NCBI GenBank assembly: GCA_951406725.2
Contig: OX597821.1
Span: forward strand, 22,754,001 to 22,818,000
Origin: Octopus vulgaris
Taxonomy: Eukaryota
Length of the DNA stretch: 64,000 nucleotides
Reading direction: 5' to 3'
Part shown: positions 1-12,533 of the stretch, one piece after another
How the letters are laid out: every line of letters begins with the position of its first letter
Position numbering within the stretch: position 1 is the stretch's first letter
Notes under the pieces: generated by a model
What the model was told of the DNA's origin: nothing
Database searches by the model: none
Seen by the model: the letters and a program-made list of their open reading frames with translations, nothing else
Program-made: the position numbers and the translations under genes

Positions 1-519
1 CTTTGCAGCAATACTGGTAGGAATCAGGCTTGCCTACGTAGCAGATGGTAGAACACATAGTCAGGTGGGTGATGGATCAGTGTATCATGGCAAACTAAAG
101 AACTGGGGCGGAGGAGGACAAAGAGAGTATAGGGTGCACATGATACATACATGCAAGGAATAGTGGGTTGATGTGTGAGGAGAATATTCAGTAAATGTGG
201 AAAAAGTATGGGTTTATGAGGAAGATATATTGGGTATTGTCCAGGGTGTGACTTTCAGCTACATCCAGAAGTGGGTCTCTGGTTCAAGAGGTCCAAGGTT
301 TTAAGGAGTGTGGAACCATCATGTAGTCACTATTGTTTTCAGGTCTACTATGCCCTGGGGTAGTAGCACCTGTCAGGGTCCCAGCAATGGGTTACTTAGC
401 ATGTTATGGAAGAACCTCCAAGTACAAACCCAATAGGAAAAGAAAAGGCTAGAGGGGCCAGCCTTAAATCAAGGAGCAGAGTCTCTCACATGATTCAATT
501 GCCTCTTTAGAAGTAAATA

Positions 520-770
520 AAGGTACTTTCTTGAGTTATATGGACTCATAAGGGCCGGTTTCCCGATTTCAAGGTGTATGTATTCTCCACCAGGATGAGA
601 CACCAGTCCATCACAGGATTACTCATTTTGGTCAGCTGAGTGGACTGAAGTAAAGTGAAATGCAGTGCCTTGCTCGAGAACACTATGCATTGCCTGGTCC
701 AGGAATTGAAACCACAATCTTATGATCATGAGTCCGACACTATAACCTCTAAGCCACACACTTCCACAGT
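520..770 (-). mobile_element. tRNA-derived SINE (V-domain-like family); relatives at about 15540-15880 (-) and 25350-25680 (+)
   Basis: Shared gtgttcttgagcaag...tttca...cagctcactcagctg core with a tRNA-like head in three copies. Confidence 0.55.
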
Positions 771-1129
771 GACCTCTTTGACACCTTTACCAGCAACTCC
801 AAGGTAGGCAGAACTCTTCAGCTCTGTAAGGCAATTCACCAAGGAGAAATCCACTCCAATGTAAAAACCTATAACTTGTTGGTCACTGCAGGCTGCCTTA
901 GCTTGCTGAGATGCAGTGGTCAGACCTCCAAGTCTAAAGAGGTGGGGAGGTCAGATTGCACAGACTGAATCTCACTTTAGAACAACTAAGAACTGATAGG
1001 AAGAAAAACCCTGCAGTGTCAAAGATCAGTTTACATTGCTGCATGAGGGCAGGCTGCTCTTCTTTGTGATTTTTGGACGATGCTGCTATCATTTTGGATA
1101 TATGTAAGAGGTAAAAACAATGAATACAG

Positions 1130-2480
1130 GTGGATTTGTTTAAGAGAGGTGAGTATTAGATCTAACTGAGAACAGAGTACAAGCTCTGATTAAAAACAAT
1201 GTATTGAAACTGGTTGATGAAAGAATATAAGAACTGTCTGAGGAAGGAGCACTGGAATTTGTTAATAATGGTGTACTGGAGTTGACTGAGCAAGAAGTTT
1301 AAGAATTGCCAGGAAATGAAGTATTGGAACTGGCTGATAAATGAGTAATAGAACATTAATAAATGAATATTAGAGTTGAACCTTACTGTAAAAAGAGTAT
1401 TGGAACAGGGTGGGAAAGGATTACTAAATTTGACAGAGAAAAGAGTATCATGTCTGATTGAAAAAGAGCTGTTGGAAAAGATGGAAAAGGAGTATTGGAT
1501 CTGGCTGAGAAAGGAATATTGATTGGGTTTAGTCATCAATATTAGCTCAGTCTGAGAAAGATTTGCTGGAAATAGCAGAGATAAAAGAAGTATAGGACTG
1601 GGTAGAAGAGGAGTAATAGAACTGCTTGATAAATGAGATTAGATATAAAATCATCATCATCATAATTTAGCGTCTGCTTTCCATGCTGGCATGGGTTAGA
1701 CGGTTTGGCTGAAAATGGTAAGCTGGAGGGCTACACCAGGTTCCAGTCTGATTTGGCATGGTTTCTATGGCTAGATGCCCTTCCCAATGCCAACCATTCC
1801 AAGAGTGTAATGGGTGCTTTTTACGTGCCACTGGCATGGGTGCCATTTACATGACACTGGCATCAGCCACGACTACGGTTTCACCTGGCTTGACCGGTCT
1901 TCTTAAGTATGGCATATCGCCAAAGGTCTTGGTCATTTATCGTTGCTTCTGTGAGGCTCAATGTTTGAAGGGTGTTTCTCCATGTCACTGGCACAGGTAC
2001 CAGTTATGTGACACCAGTATCAGCCATGATTGCAATTCTACTTGGCTTCACAGGTCTTCTCAAAGCATGGCATCTCACCCAAGGTCTCAGTCACTTGTGA
2101 GTAGGCAATGACAAATAGTATATTTGGCTGATAAAGGAATTTTGGAAATGGCTTGGAAAGATGTATTGGAACTGGTTCAGACAGTCATTTGCTGGGAAAG
2201 AAATATTGGAACTCACCTAGAAAGGGATAGGAGATTTGACTGAGAAATGAGCATCAGAACTGACTTAGAAACGAGTATTGAAACTGAATGAAAAGGACTA
2301 TTGGGACTGCCCGAGAAAGATGTGTTCAAAGCAGCTGAGCAAGAATTGGTTATTGGAGGTAGTTTTAAAAAGGCTAAGAAAAAGGCATTAGATCTGTTTG
2401 TAAAAGGAATAACTGAATAGAGTGAGTAAGGAGTCCTGGATGTAGATGAGAAAGGAGTTTTGAATATGGATGAGAATGAG
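1130..2480. repeat. Degenerate ~24-bp minisatellite interrupted by a retroposon at about 1650-2100
   Basis: Recurring (g)agtattggaactggctgagaaag units. Confidence 0.7.
1650..2095 (-). mobile_element. RTE-tail-like retroposon with (gat)n tail; relatives at 9970-10130, 14675-14880, 22726-22920, 25030-25230, 26330-26500, 33804-34200, 46610-46850
   Basis: Repeated tttccatgctggcatgggttggacgg...ggatgcccttcctaacgccaaccac next to a (cat)n/(gat)n tail. Confidence 0.7.
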
Positions 2481-2621
2481 ATATTATAGGAACAAGTTTA
2501 CGGAATCAGGGAGACAAAAAGATCCTGTATGGAAGGAGAATAAGGGATACTATGAAGAACATGGGGACTGAGTTGACAGAATGGAGAAACTAGATGTGTC
2601 AATGCTGAAAGAAACACTTAC

Positions 2622-4142
2622 TTTGGTCCTCGGTTCCACAGGGTGAACCTTTCGGTGTTGCTATCTCTGTTTTGAAAGAGACAGATGGTCCATTGCTGCC
2701 TGTTGGAGAAACAGTGATGTCAGAGAGATCTTCAGTGAGTATGTTGGACGACGAGTGACTGGAGCTGCAGGCAAGAGGAGTAGAGGAGCAATGGCAGACA
2801 CTGCTGTTGTTGCTGTCATCAAGGTGGTGCTGCATGGATGAGGACGGTGTTGATGTTGACGGCATGGTCACCATAAACTGAGATCGGTCTCCAGGGCTGT
2901 CCGTGCAGTTGTTCACTTTGGTGGTACACACGATGTTGTGGACTAACTGTTTGTTACTGTTGCTGCTGCTGCTGTTGTTGTTGTTGTTGTTGCAACTGCT
3001 GTTAGTGCTGATGGTGTTGGTGTTGTTATGATTGTTGTTGCAGGCTGTAATGCTGGAAATCTCTTCGACCTTACATTCACCGGAATGGTCACTGGTTGCC
3101 AGGGTTACAGAGCACTTCACAGAAACATTCTGCAGCTTTGCACAGCTAGCATTAACACCACAGTGGGGATGTTGGGAGCCTAAGTGGGGGTCATATTGAA
3201 GGTCATTTTGGGAGCTGTGTTGAAGTTCATTCTGGAGGTCATTTGGGGCATCGGTCAAGAGGCCATGTCGAAGTTCATGTCCAGTGTTATTAACAATATC
3301 CATACAAGAGCTATGTTGATGATTATTTTGGGGGTCATTTTGAAAGCTGTGTTGAGGTGGGTCTTGGTGATTGTCCTTAGATATGTAGGGGTGTGTCATG
3401 GATAGAGGGTCATTAGCTGCACTGTCTAGTGTTGTAGGGAGAGGGAACGGAGAGTCTGGGGGTGTAGAGAGTGGGGTTTCATTGGGTGATGCTGTGGCTG
3501 ATGTACCGACACAGCTGGTACCTTGACTGCTCTCAGAATCATGCCACACCTTATTAGCAGTCTCCTCAGTTTGTTTGATTTTGTCGACCATGTGTGACAG
3601 CTTTTTGCGCATTGGTCGCATCAGCTTAGGGTCCACGGCAGTGACGAGTAAATTGTCCAGCTGTATCACAATCTCATCCTGCCCTGCGCTGAATTTCACA
3701 CAAATGAAGAAGATACGACGTGCAATTTTTGCTATTCTGGAATGTGCATTACCAACGGCATACGTTGCAAACCTGGCAACAATAACAATCCGACAGAATT
3801 CATTTTGTGAGGAAGAAGAAGAAGAAGGAGGACACGAAGAAGAGGATGTAGGAGGAGGAGATGATGAAGAAGAAGAAGAAGTAGTAGTAGTAGTAGTAGT
3901 GGCAGCAGAAGAAGAAGAAGTCTCAGGAGTATGTGGCTGAGGTAAAGGTGAAGAGTTCAGTTCTTCTTCAGAAGCATCTGGGTCTGGTTCTGGGTCACGT
4001 ATAAACTCCCCAGGGAACTCCTCTAGTAATCTGTCCAAGACATACAGCCGCCCCAACAACCACTGCCATCTCACAGTTTTCACTTGATATTCCTGGAGCA
4101 CGAGTTTCAGGATGTAAGCCAATCCTCCAAGACCACCAGAGC
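2622..4142 (-). CDS. MAP3K1: MAP3K1 large exon (end of the TOG-like region plus low-complexity linker); the gene continues beyond the window start
   Basis: ttttcAG at 4143-4144 and GTAAGT donor at 2621; 1521 nt, phase 1-1, inside ORF 2599..4209; WQWLLGRLYVLDRLLEEFP motif. Confidence 0.92.
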
Positions 4143-4427
4143 CTGAAAAACAATTGTTCAAAATTTGTGTTTTAATGATAATAACAATAATCCTTTCTAC
4201 TATAGGCAAAAGGCCTGGAATTAGTGGGATGGGGGGATGGTCAATTATGTTGACCCTAGTACTTGACTGGAACTTAATTTATCAACCTCAAAAGGATGAA
4301 AGGATGAAAGTCGACCTCGGTGGAATTTGAACTCAGAATGTGAAGGTATACGAAATGCTGCTAAGCATTCTGCCTGGCATGCCATCAGTTTTCCCAGCTC
4401 ACAACCTTATGATGATAATAATAATAT

Positions 4428-4650
4428 ATTTCTTTACTACCCACAAGGGGCTAAACATAGAGGGGACAAACAAGGACAGACAAAGGGATTAAGTCGATTA
4501 TATCGACCCCAGTGCGTAACTGGTACTTTATTTATCAACCCTGAAAGGATGAAGTGCAAAGTCAACCTCGGCGGAATTTGAACTCGGAACGTAACGGCAG
4601 ACGAAATACGGCTGCGCATTTCGCCCGGCGTGCTAACGATTCTGCCAGCT
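4428..4650 (-). mobile_element. SINE with Meta/MESC-like core; copies at 13180-13380 (+), 13640-13858 (-), 19861-20092 (+), 29476-29707 (-)
   Basis: Near-identical repeats with gcctttcatcctttcggggtcgataaattaagtaccag and a tRNA-like head. Confidence 0.75.
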
Positions 4651-5035
4651 CAATAATAATAATAATCATGATGATGATGATGATGAACATTTCTTTTATT
4701 CGCTCCCAGGGCAAAGGATGAAAAGGACAATACAAAGACAGATGTAAAGTGTGGGGGGTTTACATAATGGAATAAAGTAATAATAAAAACAATAATAATA
4801 ACAATGATGATGATGATGAAAATAATAATAACAACCACAACAACAATAATAAGGACAACACTTGCTTACATCTATCTATCTCTCTGTCTGCTGTCTTTCT
4901 CTTTATATCTATTTATCTATCTATGTATAAATGTGTGTGTGTGTATGTATATATATATATATATATATGACTTTTCATGACAATAATTGTTTATGTGTGT
5001 ATATGTATCACACACACAATATATATATATGTAAA

Positions 5036-5419
5036 CTAGCAGTATCGCCCGGCGTTGCTCAGGTTTGTAAGGGAAATAACTATAAAGCATTTTTAGAGAG
5101 TTATAGCCAAAAAATAGCAAAAAAAATGGGAAAAAAATGATGGTAAATTTTTTTTTTAGTTAAAAAAGGTGGAGTTGCGTCCCCTAGACAGTTTGCGGTT
5201 TGCGTTTCTGATTCTCGACCCCATGTCGAATTTATCGATTTTTTCAGAACTGGGGGAACTTTTGAAAATTTTCGCTGCGTTAGTTTTGAATTATGACATT
5301 GGGCTATGTATGTGTCAAGTTTCATCAGAATCGGTTGAAAGCCGTGGTCAGGGTGAGGGTACAAGCAAACAGACACACAGAAACACGCACAGACAAACTG
5401 CCGTTTATATATAGAGAGA
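5036..5419 (-). mobile_element. Non-autonomous Helitron-like element
   Basis: The minus strand begins TC and ends in a GC-rich subterminal segment plus CTAG, inserted between A and T, with no TSD. Confidence 0.7.
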
Positions 5420-6442
5420 TATCAAGCAACAAGAATGAGTGCTCAACACCACATTGGTGGATAGAATTTCTTTATTTGTGTAATAAGGCTACCAATGGTT
5501 TCCTGTTGCGAAAATTATCTTAATATATTCACAATTTTTCAAGATGACGATGAGCTTCTTTCAATTTCCATCTACCAAATCCACTCACAGAGTTTTGGTT
5601 GGCTTTGGCTTGATGCCATAATAGAAGACACTTGCCCAAGGTGCCACGCAGTGGGGCTGAACTCAGAGCCATGAGGTTGAGAAGCAAGCTTCTTTCATAT
5701 AACAAAAAGTAAAAGGGATTAGTAAATCCAAGCACCCAGTGTTAAGCAAACTTGGTTAACTATATCAGATACCAATAATATATATATATATACACACACA
5801 CACACATATATACTTTTATTCTTTTATATGGTGGAGGGACAAACACAGACACACAAACACACACACACATGACGGGCTTCGTTCAGTTTCTGTCTACCAA
5901 ATCCACTCACAAGGCTTTGTGGTTGGTAAGCAAGCTACTTACTACACAGCCACTCCTGCGCTTATATATATCTTTTAAGTTCGTTTATGGTATGCAAATA
6001 AAGCTCCTATTTCATTATGCCAGCTACCATCCAATGATACTGATTAGTGAGTCAGTTTTTCAGGGTTGTATCATGGTTATAACGATATAATGTAGGATAG
6101 ATATAAAAATAACAATAATTCTAGGATGAAATTTATAAATATTTAATACATCGCTTCACACGTTTCCACAAATCACATGATTTTGACATCAGAGTTGGTA
6201 TCCTTGGGATTAGTACAGTATAGTCCGTATGCTCTACTGGCATCCAGCTGATCATTATCATTGATTCATTTCATCAGGCAATACTGCATTATTGGATGAA
6301 TCACAGGGGGATGTTTATCTCTTCGGGGATAATACGGACTATACTAATCTCAAGGATACTGACTCTGATGTCAAAATTATGTTATTTATGGAAATGTACA
6401 TAGTGATGTATCAAATATTTATAAATTCCATTCTAGAATTAT

Positions 6443-6498
<56 letters not shown>

Positions 6499-6547
6499 AA
6501 TATTAAATTTCTAAATCTCTCATAGAGATATGTATGGTGGTGGGGCG

Positions 6548-6978
6548 ATAGAATGGTTGTATACTGTCAATCTAACGTGAACGTGACAGTAGGGGGTTAC
6601 ACCACTGCTGTTTAGCCCCAGGAAGCATCAATGCTTCCTGCTGGCTTCGACACATTTTTCCCTGTGTCCTTATATACATTTACGAAGGGAGACAAACACC
6701 CCCAGCAGCCAGGCCTGCATCTAGAGACACGCATGTTTCAGGATCATTGTCCATCATCAGTCTAGAGTAACAGACTGATGATGGACAATGATCCTGAAAC
6801 ATGCGTGTCTCTAGATGCAGGCCTGGCTGCTGGGGGTGTTTGTCTCCCTTCGTAAATGTATATAAGGACACAGGGAAAATGTGTCGAAGCCAGCAGGAAG
6901 CATTGATGCTTCCTGGGGCTAAACAGCGGTGGTGTAACCCCCTACTGTCACGTTCACGTTAGATTGACAGTATACAAC

Positions 6979-6986
<8 letters not shown>
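6548..6986. repeat. Near-perfect 215-bp-arm palindrome carrying hammerhead-like motifs
   Basis: Arms 6548-6763 and 6772-6986, 8-nt loop; about 1 mismatch and 1 indel seen; (TA)n flank. Confidence 0.95.
6720..6766 (-). ncRNA. Putative type I hammerhead ribozyme
   Basis: UCUAGA-CUGAUGA-uGGAcaaugaUCCu-GAAAC-augcgu-GUC-UCUAGA. Confidence 0.65.
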
Positions 6987-7022
<36 letters not shown>

Positions 7023-7162
7023 ATAATGGTTGAAAAGAGATAACAAATGGTCCCACCACTACTTCCCAAATAAAACATACCCACACATGCATGCCTACAC
7101 ACACACAGCCCAAAATCAATGACTGAAAGCTATTTTCAGAATCAAGATGTTATATTTCTTAC

Positions 7163-7254
7163 CAGGAGAGACAATCTCACGTCCAACAGCCAGTTCGCCA
7201 TCTTGACCTTTGGTCAGTTCAACCATAGTGGACAGTGACAGCTGGCTGGTACGT
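7163..7254 (-). CDS. MAP3K1: MAP3K1 exon ([30 protein letters not shown])
   Basis: tttcAG/GTAAGA; 92 nt, phase 2-1; resembles MEKK1 [23 protein letters not shown]. Confidence 0.94.
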
Positions 7255-7496
7255 CTGAAAGAAGAGACAAAAAGAGGGCAGGGTAAAATGTTTGGCAGAA
7301 ACACTGTAACTGCCCCTGGTTCTATGATATGAAATCCCTGTTTTAAAGTGATCCAACTTTAAAACTTCACCAAAATTTTTTGTTAATTTATGTTCCAAAC
7401 ACGAGATGAATAAAGACAAAAATACTTCTATATTTTCCAGCATGAAATTCAAATTTTTTCAGACCAAAATTTACAGTTAAAAAAGCCAGGACAAGT

Positions 7497-7717
7497 TACG
7501 AGGCGCCACTGAATAGTTCCTGGCTTTGGGTAAAAGAAAATACAGGAGGATCAGTTAATTATGATTTTATTCAACATATTCCCCTCTCAATTCACACACT
7601 TATTGTTAACAGTCCTTCATTTTTTCTAAGCCCTGTAAAAGAACTCGAAAGGTTGGACCTTCAACCAGGCCTTTCATGAAACCCTTAAAGTCGGGAACTT
7701 TTCAGAACTCTCTCATA
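7497..7717. mobile_element. Mariner-type MITE nested in a piggyBac-like MITE remnant
   Basis: TA-flanked degenerate TIRs (tacgagg..ctgaatagttcctggcttt / aaagtcgggaacttttcag..tcata); the host remnant ends gtaacaaaaaggtta near 7930. Confidence 0.55.
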
Positions 7718-7986
7718 TCCACCAAGACAACTTTAGAGGACCAAAGATTCCATGTGAAATACAGCACGGTTTGGAAAGATAAGGGTGATGTTTGAATGGT
7801 TACACTACATGTGTATGCTATACACTACACTGCCTTGCATGCTGGAAGAATATAAATTCTCTATTTTCTTCAAAATTAGTTGAAACAAAGGAAATGGTTT
7901 TCAACAGAAATATAGTAACAAAAAGGTTAGTAAATCAATAACACACACACACACATATAGATAGATAGATAGATAGATAGATAGTT

Positions 7987-8019
<33 letters not shown>

Positions 8020-8199
8020 CAGATAGATAGATAGACAGAGAGCTACATACATTCATATATACATGCATACATACATACATACATACATACACACACATAC
8101 ATGTGTACACACACACACATACATAGATACATACAAACAAACAAACATATATATGTAGAAATTAGTGTGTACCATGTATGCCCAAGAGGCGTAGTGGGA

Positions 8200-9310
8200 T
8201 CAAAGGTAAACAGGTTAAGGGGGAAAGGTAGATTTTGTATGTGGCAAACACATCGGAGCAGACAGCAGTAAGAGTACACATGAAATAAATACTTTCAAAT
8301 ACATGGAAGGCTCCAAAATAGTAGTTGAGGGCTTTTGTTAGCTCGGTGATCTAATTAGCAGTAGAGGTGGGTGTTCCAAAAGCACAGTAGCTAGAGTAAG
8401 AATGGAGTACAAAAAAAAATGGGGTAGGTATTTCTGCTGGCAACAAAGGATTTCTCCATCAGAGTGAAAGGTAGATTCTGTGATGCTTGCGTATAAACTG
8501 TATGGGTCGTACTACATGGGGCTTTGAAAACAGAGGATTTGCAAAGATTAAAATGAAATGAAGTGGGTATACTCTGCTGGGTGTGTAATGTTAGCATGCG
8601 TGAAGAACAGAGCACAAATGAGCTAATAGAAAAGCTGGATACTCTCTTTTACTCTTTTACTTGTTTCAGTCATTTGACTGCGGCCATGCTGGAGCACCGT
8701 CTTTAGTCGAGCAAATCGACCCCGGGACTTATTCTTTGTAAGCCCAGTACTTATTTTATTGGTCTCTTTTGCCGAACCGCTAAGTGACGGGGACATAAAC
8801 ACACCAGCATCAGTTGTCAAGCGATGGTGGGGGGACAAACACAGACACACAAACACACACACACATACATATATATATATACATATATACGACAGGCTTC
8901 TTTCAGTTTCCATCTACCAAATCCACTCACAAGGCATTGGTCGGCCCGGGGCTATAGCAGAAGACACTTGCCCAAGATGCCACGCAGTGGGACTGAACCC
9001 GGAACCATGTGGTTGGTAAGCAAGCTACTTACCACACAGCCACTCCTGCGCCTATAAGAGGAATTGGATATAGGGTGCAAGAGAGAGGACAACACTGATG
9101 GACATATAAGGAGGATGCTGGCTGTATGAGGAAGTGTTAAGCACTTGAAGTAGAATGAACATATAGAAGAGAGAGAGAGAAGAGAAGGAAAGACCTAGGA
9201 TGAAGAGGTGAAGACCAATCAACAAGTTGAAGATGATGAACATCACAAAGGGGATAGTAAAGGACTGTGGTGGGTTGCAACATAATGTACTACAAGAAAT
9301 CAACCCCACC
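8200..9310 (+). mobile_element. Decayed RTE-clade LINE 3' coding remnant split by a SINE
   Basis: Translates with stops as ATKDFSIRVKGRFCDACV...NEVGILCWVCNV...KLD|IRGI..VQER, typical of the RTE RT C-terminus. Confidence 0.6.
8641..9053 (-). mobile_element. Major young tRNA-derived SINE (CORE-like); copies at 9487-9873, 19247-19630, 30088-30503, 42279-42636, 44166-44561, 44970-45360, 47346-47664, 47995-48412, 49694-50080, 55352-55745 plus fragments
   Basis: Head ggcgcaggagtggctgtgtggtaag...ggttcagtcccactgcg, ttgggcaagtgtcttc core, internal (TA/TG)n and (gtaaaaga)n tail. Confidence 0.85.
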
Positions 9311-12300
9311 CCCAATACATGAATGGCAAATCAAGTTTTAAAACAGTGAAGATTTTGGATGTATAATACCTACAAGTGGGGCCCCCTTGTCTGTCATGCC
9401 CCTTTTAACCCTTTGAATACAGAAAGTAGATATTTCCACTCACAATTCTATTGCAGTTAACTTTAGGAAGTGGTTTTGCCCAATGGCTCTTTTACTCTTT
9501 CACTTGTTTCAGTCATTTGACTGTGGCCACGCTGGAGCACCACCTTTAGTGAAGCAAATTGACCCAGGACTTATTCTTTGTAAGCCTGGTTCTTATTCTA
9601 TCGGTCTCTTTTGATGAACCACTAAGTTACGGGGATGTAAACACACCAGCATCAGTTGTCAAGCGATGTTAAGGGGACAAACACAGACACATAAAGACAC
9701 ACACATATAAATGTATACGACAGGCTTCTTTCAGTTTCCATCTACCAAACCCACTCACAAGGCTTTGGTCGGCCCAAGTAGAAGACACTTGCCCAAGGTG
9801 CCACACAGTAGGACTGAACCCGGGACCATGTGGTTCGTAAGCAAGCTACTTACCACACAGCCACTCCTACGCCTATAAGTAAAAATACCTTTCCTTATGT
9901 TGTGAGTAGCAGAGACACCTTCAGTGACAATGTCATTGTCATCGTGATCGTCATCACCACCACCCTTCACCATCATCATTTAATGTCCTTTTTCCCATGC
10001 TGGCACAGGTTAGATGGTTTGACAAGAACAGACAAACCAGAGGGCTCCGCCAGGTTTCTACAGCTGGATGCCCTTCTTAACACCAGCCACTTTACAGAGT
10101 GGATTGGATGCTTTTTACACAATCACTAGTGAGGTTGCCAAATACCCACAAGATAAGACCCCTCAACTAAGGGGGGTATAGACAGGAGGAATAAGAAACT
10201 ATGATAATTAAGTTGTTGGACCATGAAATTTAATTATGTAATCAGAGGGTTAAACACATCCTTTCTCTCCCACCCTTTGCTTTGTTAACCCTCTCATCTA
10301 TTACACACCCTTTCTCGTATTTACTGTACCATTCTGCTTGTCTAAAAGATGATGTTGCTTCTGTCCATATTCAATACCATACTGCTCACATCATCCTTTA
10401 TCTCTCAGCTTCTCTTCACCCATCATGCCACCTGTGGTAATAAGAGATGGCTTCAGCGCTCTCCATATTCAACCACCACTACTGATCATTACCTTTTTCT
10501 TTTTATTGCTTGCCACCACTCTCATTCATTCTCTGTCCCTATCACTCCACTAAAATCTACTGCTCTTTCTCTTACCATTACCCCCATCCCTCTCTCCTTA
10601 CTCCATCTTCTATCATTCACTGTTGATATTAAGAACATACATCACTCTTTCTTTCCCTCATTTCCATTATTTCCTCTTCAACCATCCTATCTAAGATAGG
10701 GCTGGATTTACTACAGGTCAATATTGCTAATCAGCCACATGGTTCCGGGTTCAGTCCCACTGCGTGGCATCTTGGGCAAGTGTCTTCTGCGATAGCCCCG
10801 GGCCGACCAATACCTTGTGAGTGGATTTGGTAGACAGAAACTGAAAGAAGCCTGTCGTATATATGTATATATGTATGTGTGTTTGTGTGTCTGTGTTTGT
10901 CCCCCTAGCATTGCTTGACAACCGATGTCAGGGGTTCCTTTAGCTTAGATAAGTCTAAAGCTTGGAGTTAAAAATTAAAAGATATTTTTACGGCAATGAA
11001 ATAAATAATTTGTATTTTTTTTTTTTACTTACTCTTTTACTCTTTTACTTGTTTCAGTCATTTGACTGTGGCCATGCTGGAGCACCGCCTTTAGAGTGAG
11101 AGAAAGTTGTGGCGAAAGAGTACAGCAGGGATCACCATCACCCCCTGCCGGAGCCTCGTGGAGCTTTAAGTGTTTTCGCTCAATAAACACTCACAACGCC
11201 CGGTCTGGGAATCGAAACCGCGATCCTACAACCGCAAGTCCACTGCCCTATCCACTGGGCCATTGCGCCGCCTACTTGTTTAAATTTTTTTAATCCACTA
11301 CTTTTTTTAAACAGTATTGATCCCTCTTTTGAATTAATGGGACCTTTTTAAATTTAAAAAGCCACTAAATTTAACTGCAACCCTCTGAATTTATTGAGGC
11401 CCTTTCAAGCTTATGGGGGGTGGGGGGCTCTTCAAACTCTTTCAGGCCCCTTGTTTTAATGGGGCCCATTTTATTATCTTGTTTTGAATTACCATACTCA
11501 TCGAGGCCCGCCCCCAAACCTATTAGCCCAATCTTCCTTCTATCATTCTCTCCAAAGCAGGCCTAGAGCTACACAGCAACAATGACAAAAAGAAAGTCAT
11601 ATTAGATAATGTAGTCCAAGATATATTAAGCTAAAAGCATCTTTGATCACATGTCTGCTGGACCAAAGCTGACCTAGGGTTCAAAAGATAATAATCTCAA
11701 AGAAGAACATATGATTACATAGTGTAATCTTTGATGGACTATGTCAATAAAATACAAGATGATCACAGCTTGATCAAGACTTTGCTCACAGATTTGTTAA
11801 ATCAGTGCTGATCTTGGACTAACAATGACAACAACAACAGCAGTGGAGGCACAATGGCCCGGTGGTTAGGGCAGTGGACTCACGGTCGTAAGAACGCGGT
11901 TTTGATTCCCAGACCGGGCATTGCTAGTGTTTATTGAACAAAAACACTCAAGCTCCACAAGGCTCCGGCGGGGTGGGGTGGTGAACCCCGCTGTACTCTT
12001 TCACCACAACTTTCTCTCACTCTTTCTTCCTACTTCTGCCACAATGCAGAGGAACCATGGTGTAACCCACTATGGTGTGGTAAACTTTCAGACCCTAGTC
12101 TAGATTGCGAATCCTCTGTACCCCAGGATGGTTCAGCTCTCCACCCGTTAAAAGCCACCATTTACGGAATGAGGATAACAACGTAGCTTTTGCACCCGTG
12201 CAACCGCCACTCTATCGCATGTGGTGGGTGGATCTTCAAGTTGCCACACGCATTCTTAGTAGCTTAGAGTAGGCTCGAATTAGAGATTATTCTTTGTGGC

Positions 12301-12411
12301 TAATGGCTTGAGTCCTGATCGGAAGAAGAAAAAGACAACAACAGCAGTGAGGGTGGGTTGAACAGGTTGAAAGTTGAAAGAAACACCAGGTGGCAGAAGA
12401 AAGAAACTTAC

Positions 12412-12533
12412 TTGTTTCCATCTGTACATTTAATAATGATGGCTTCAATAACAGGTTTTAAGATGATCTGTAACCGTTTCCTCTGTTGTTTGTCTCGGCA
12501 TGGTGTGTACGACAGCAACGCTCGGAGAGTGCG
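12412..12533 (-). CDS. MAP3K1: MAP3K1 exon (RTLRALLSYTPC...IIIKCTDGN)
   Basis: cctttAG/GTAAGT; 122 nt, phase 0-2; resembles MEKK1 TLRAMLVYTPC. Confidence 0.93.

Noticed and set aside
1130-2480. CRISPR-like array
   Set aside because: Eukaryotic intron; degenerate head-to-tail units without unique spacers or cas genes
4143-4209. N-terminal part of ORF 2599..4209
   Set aside because: Intronic read-through upstream of the acceptor at 4143-4144
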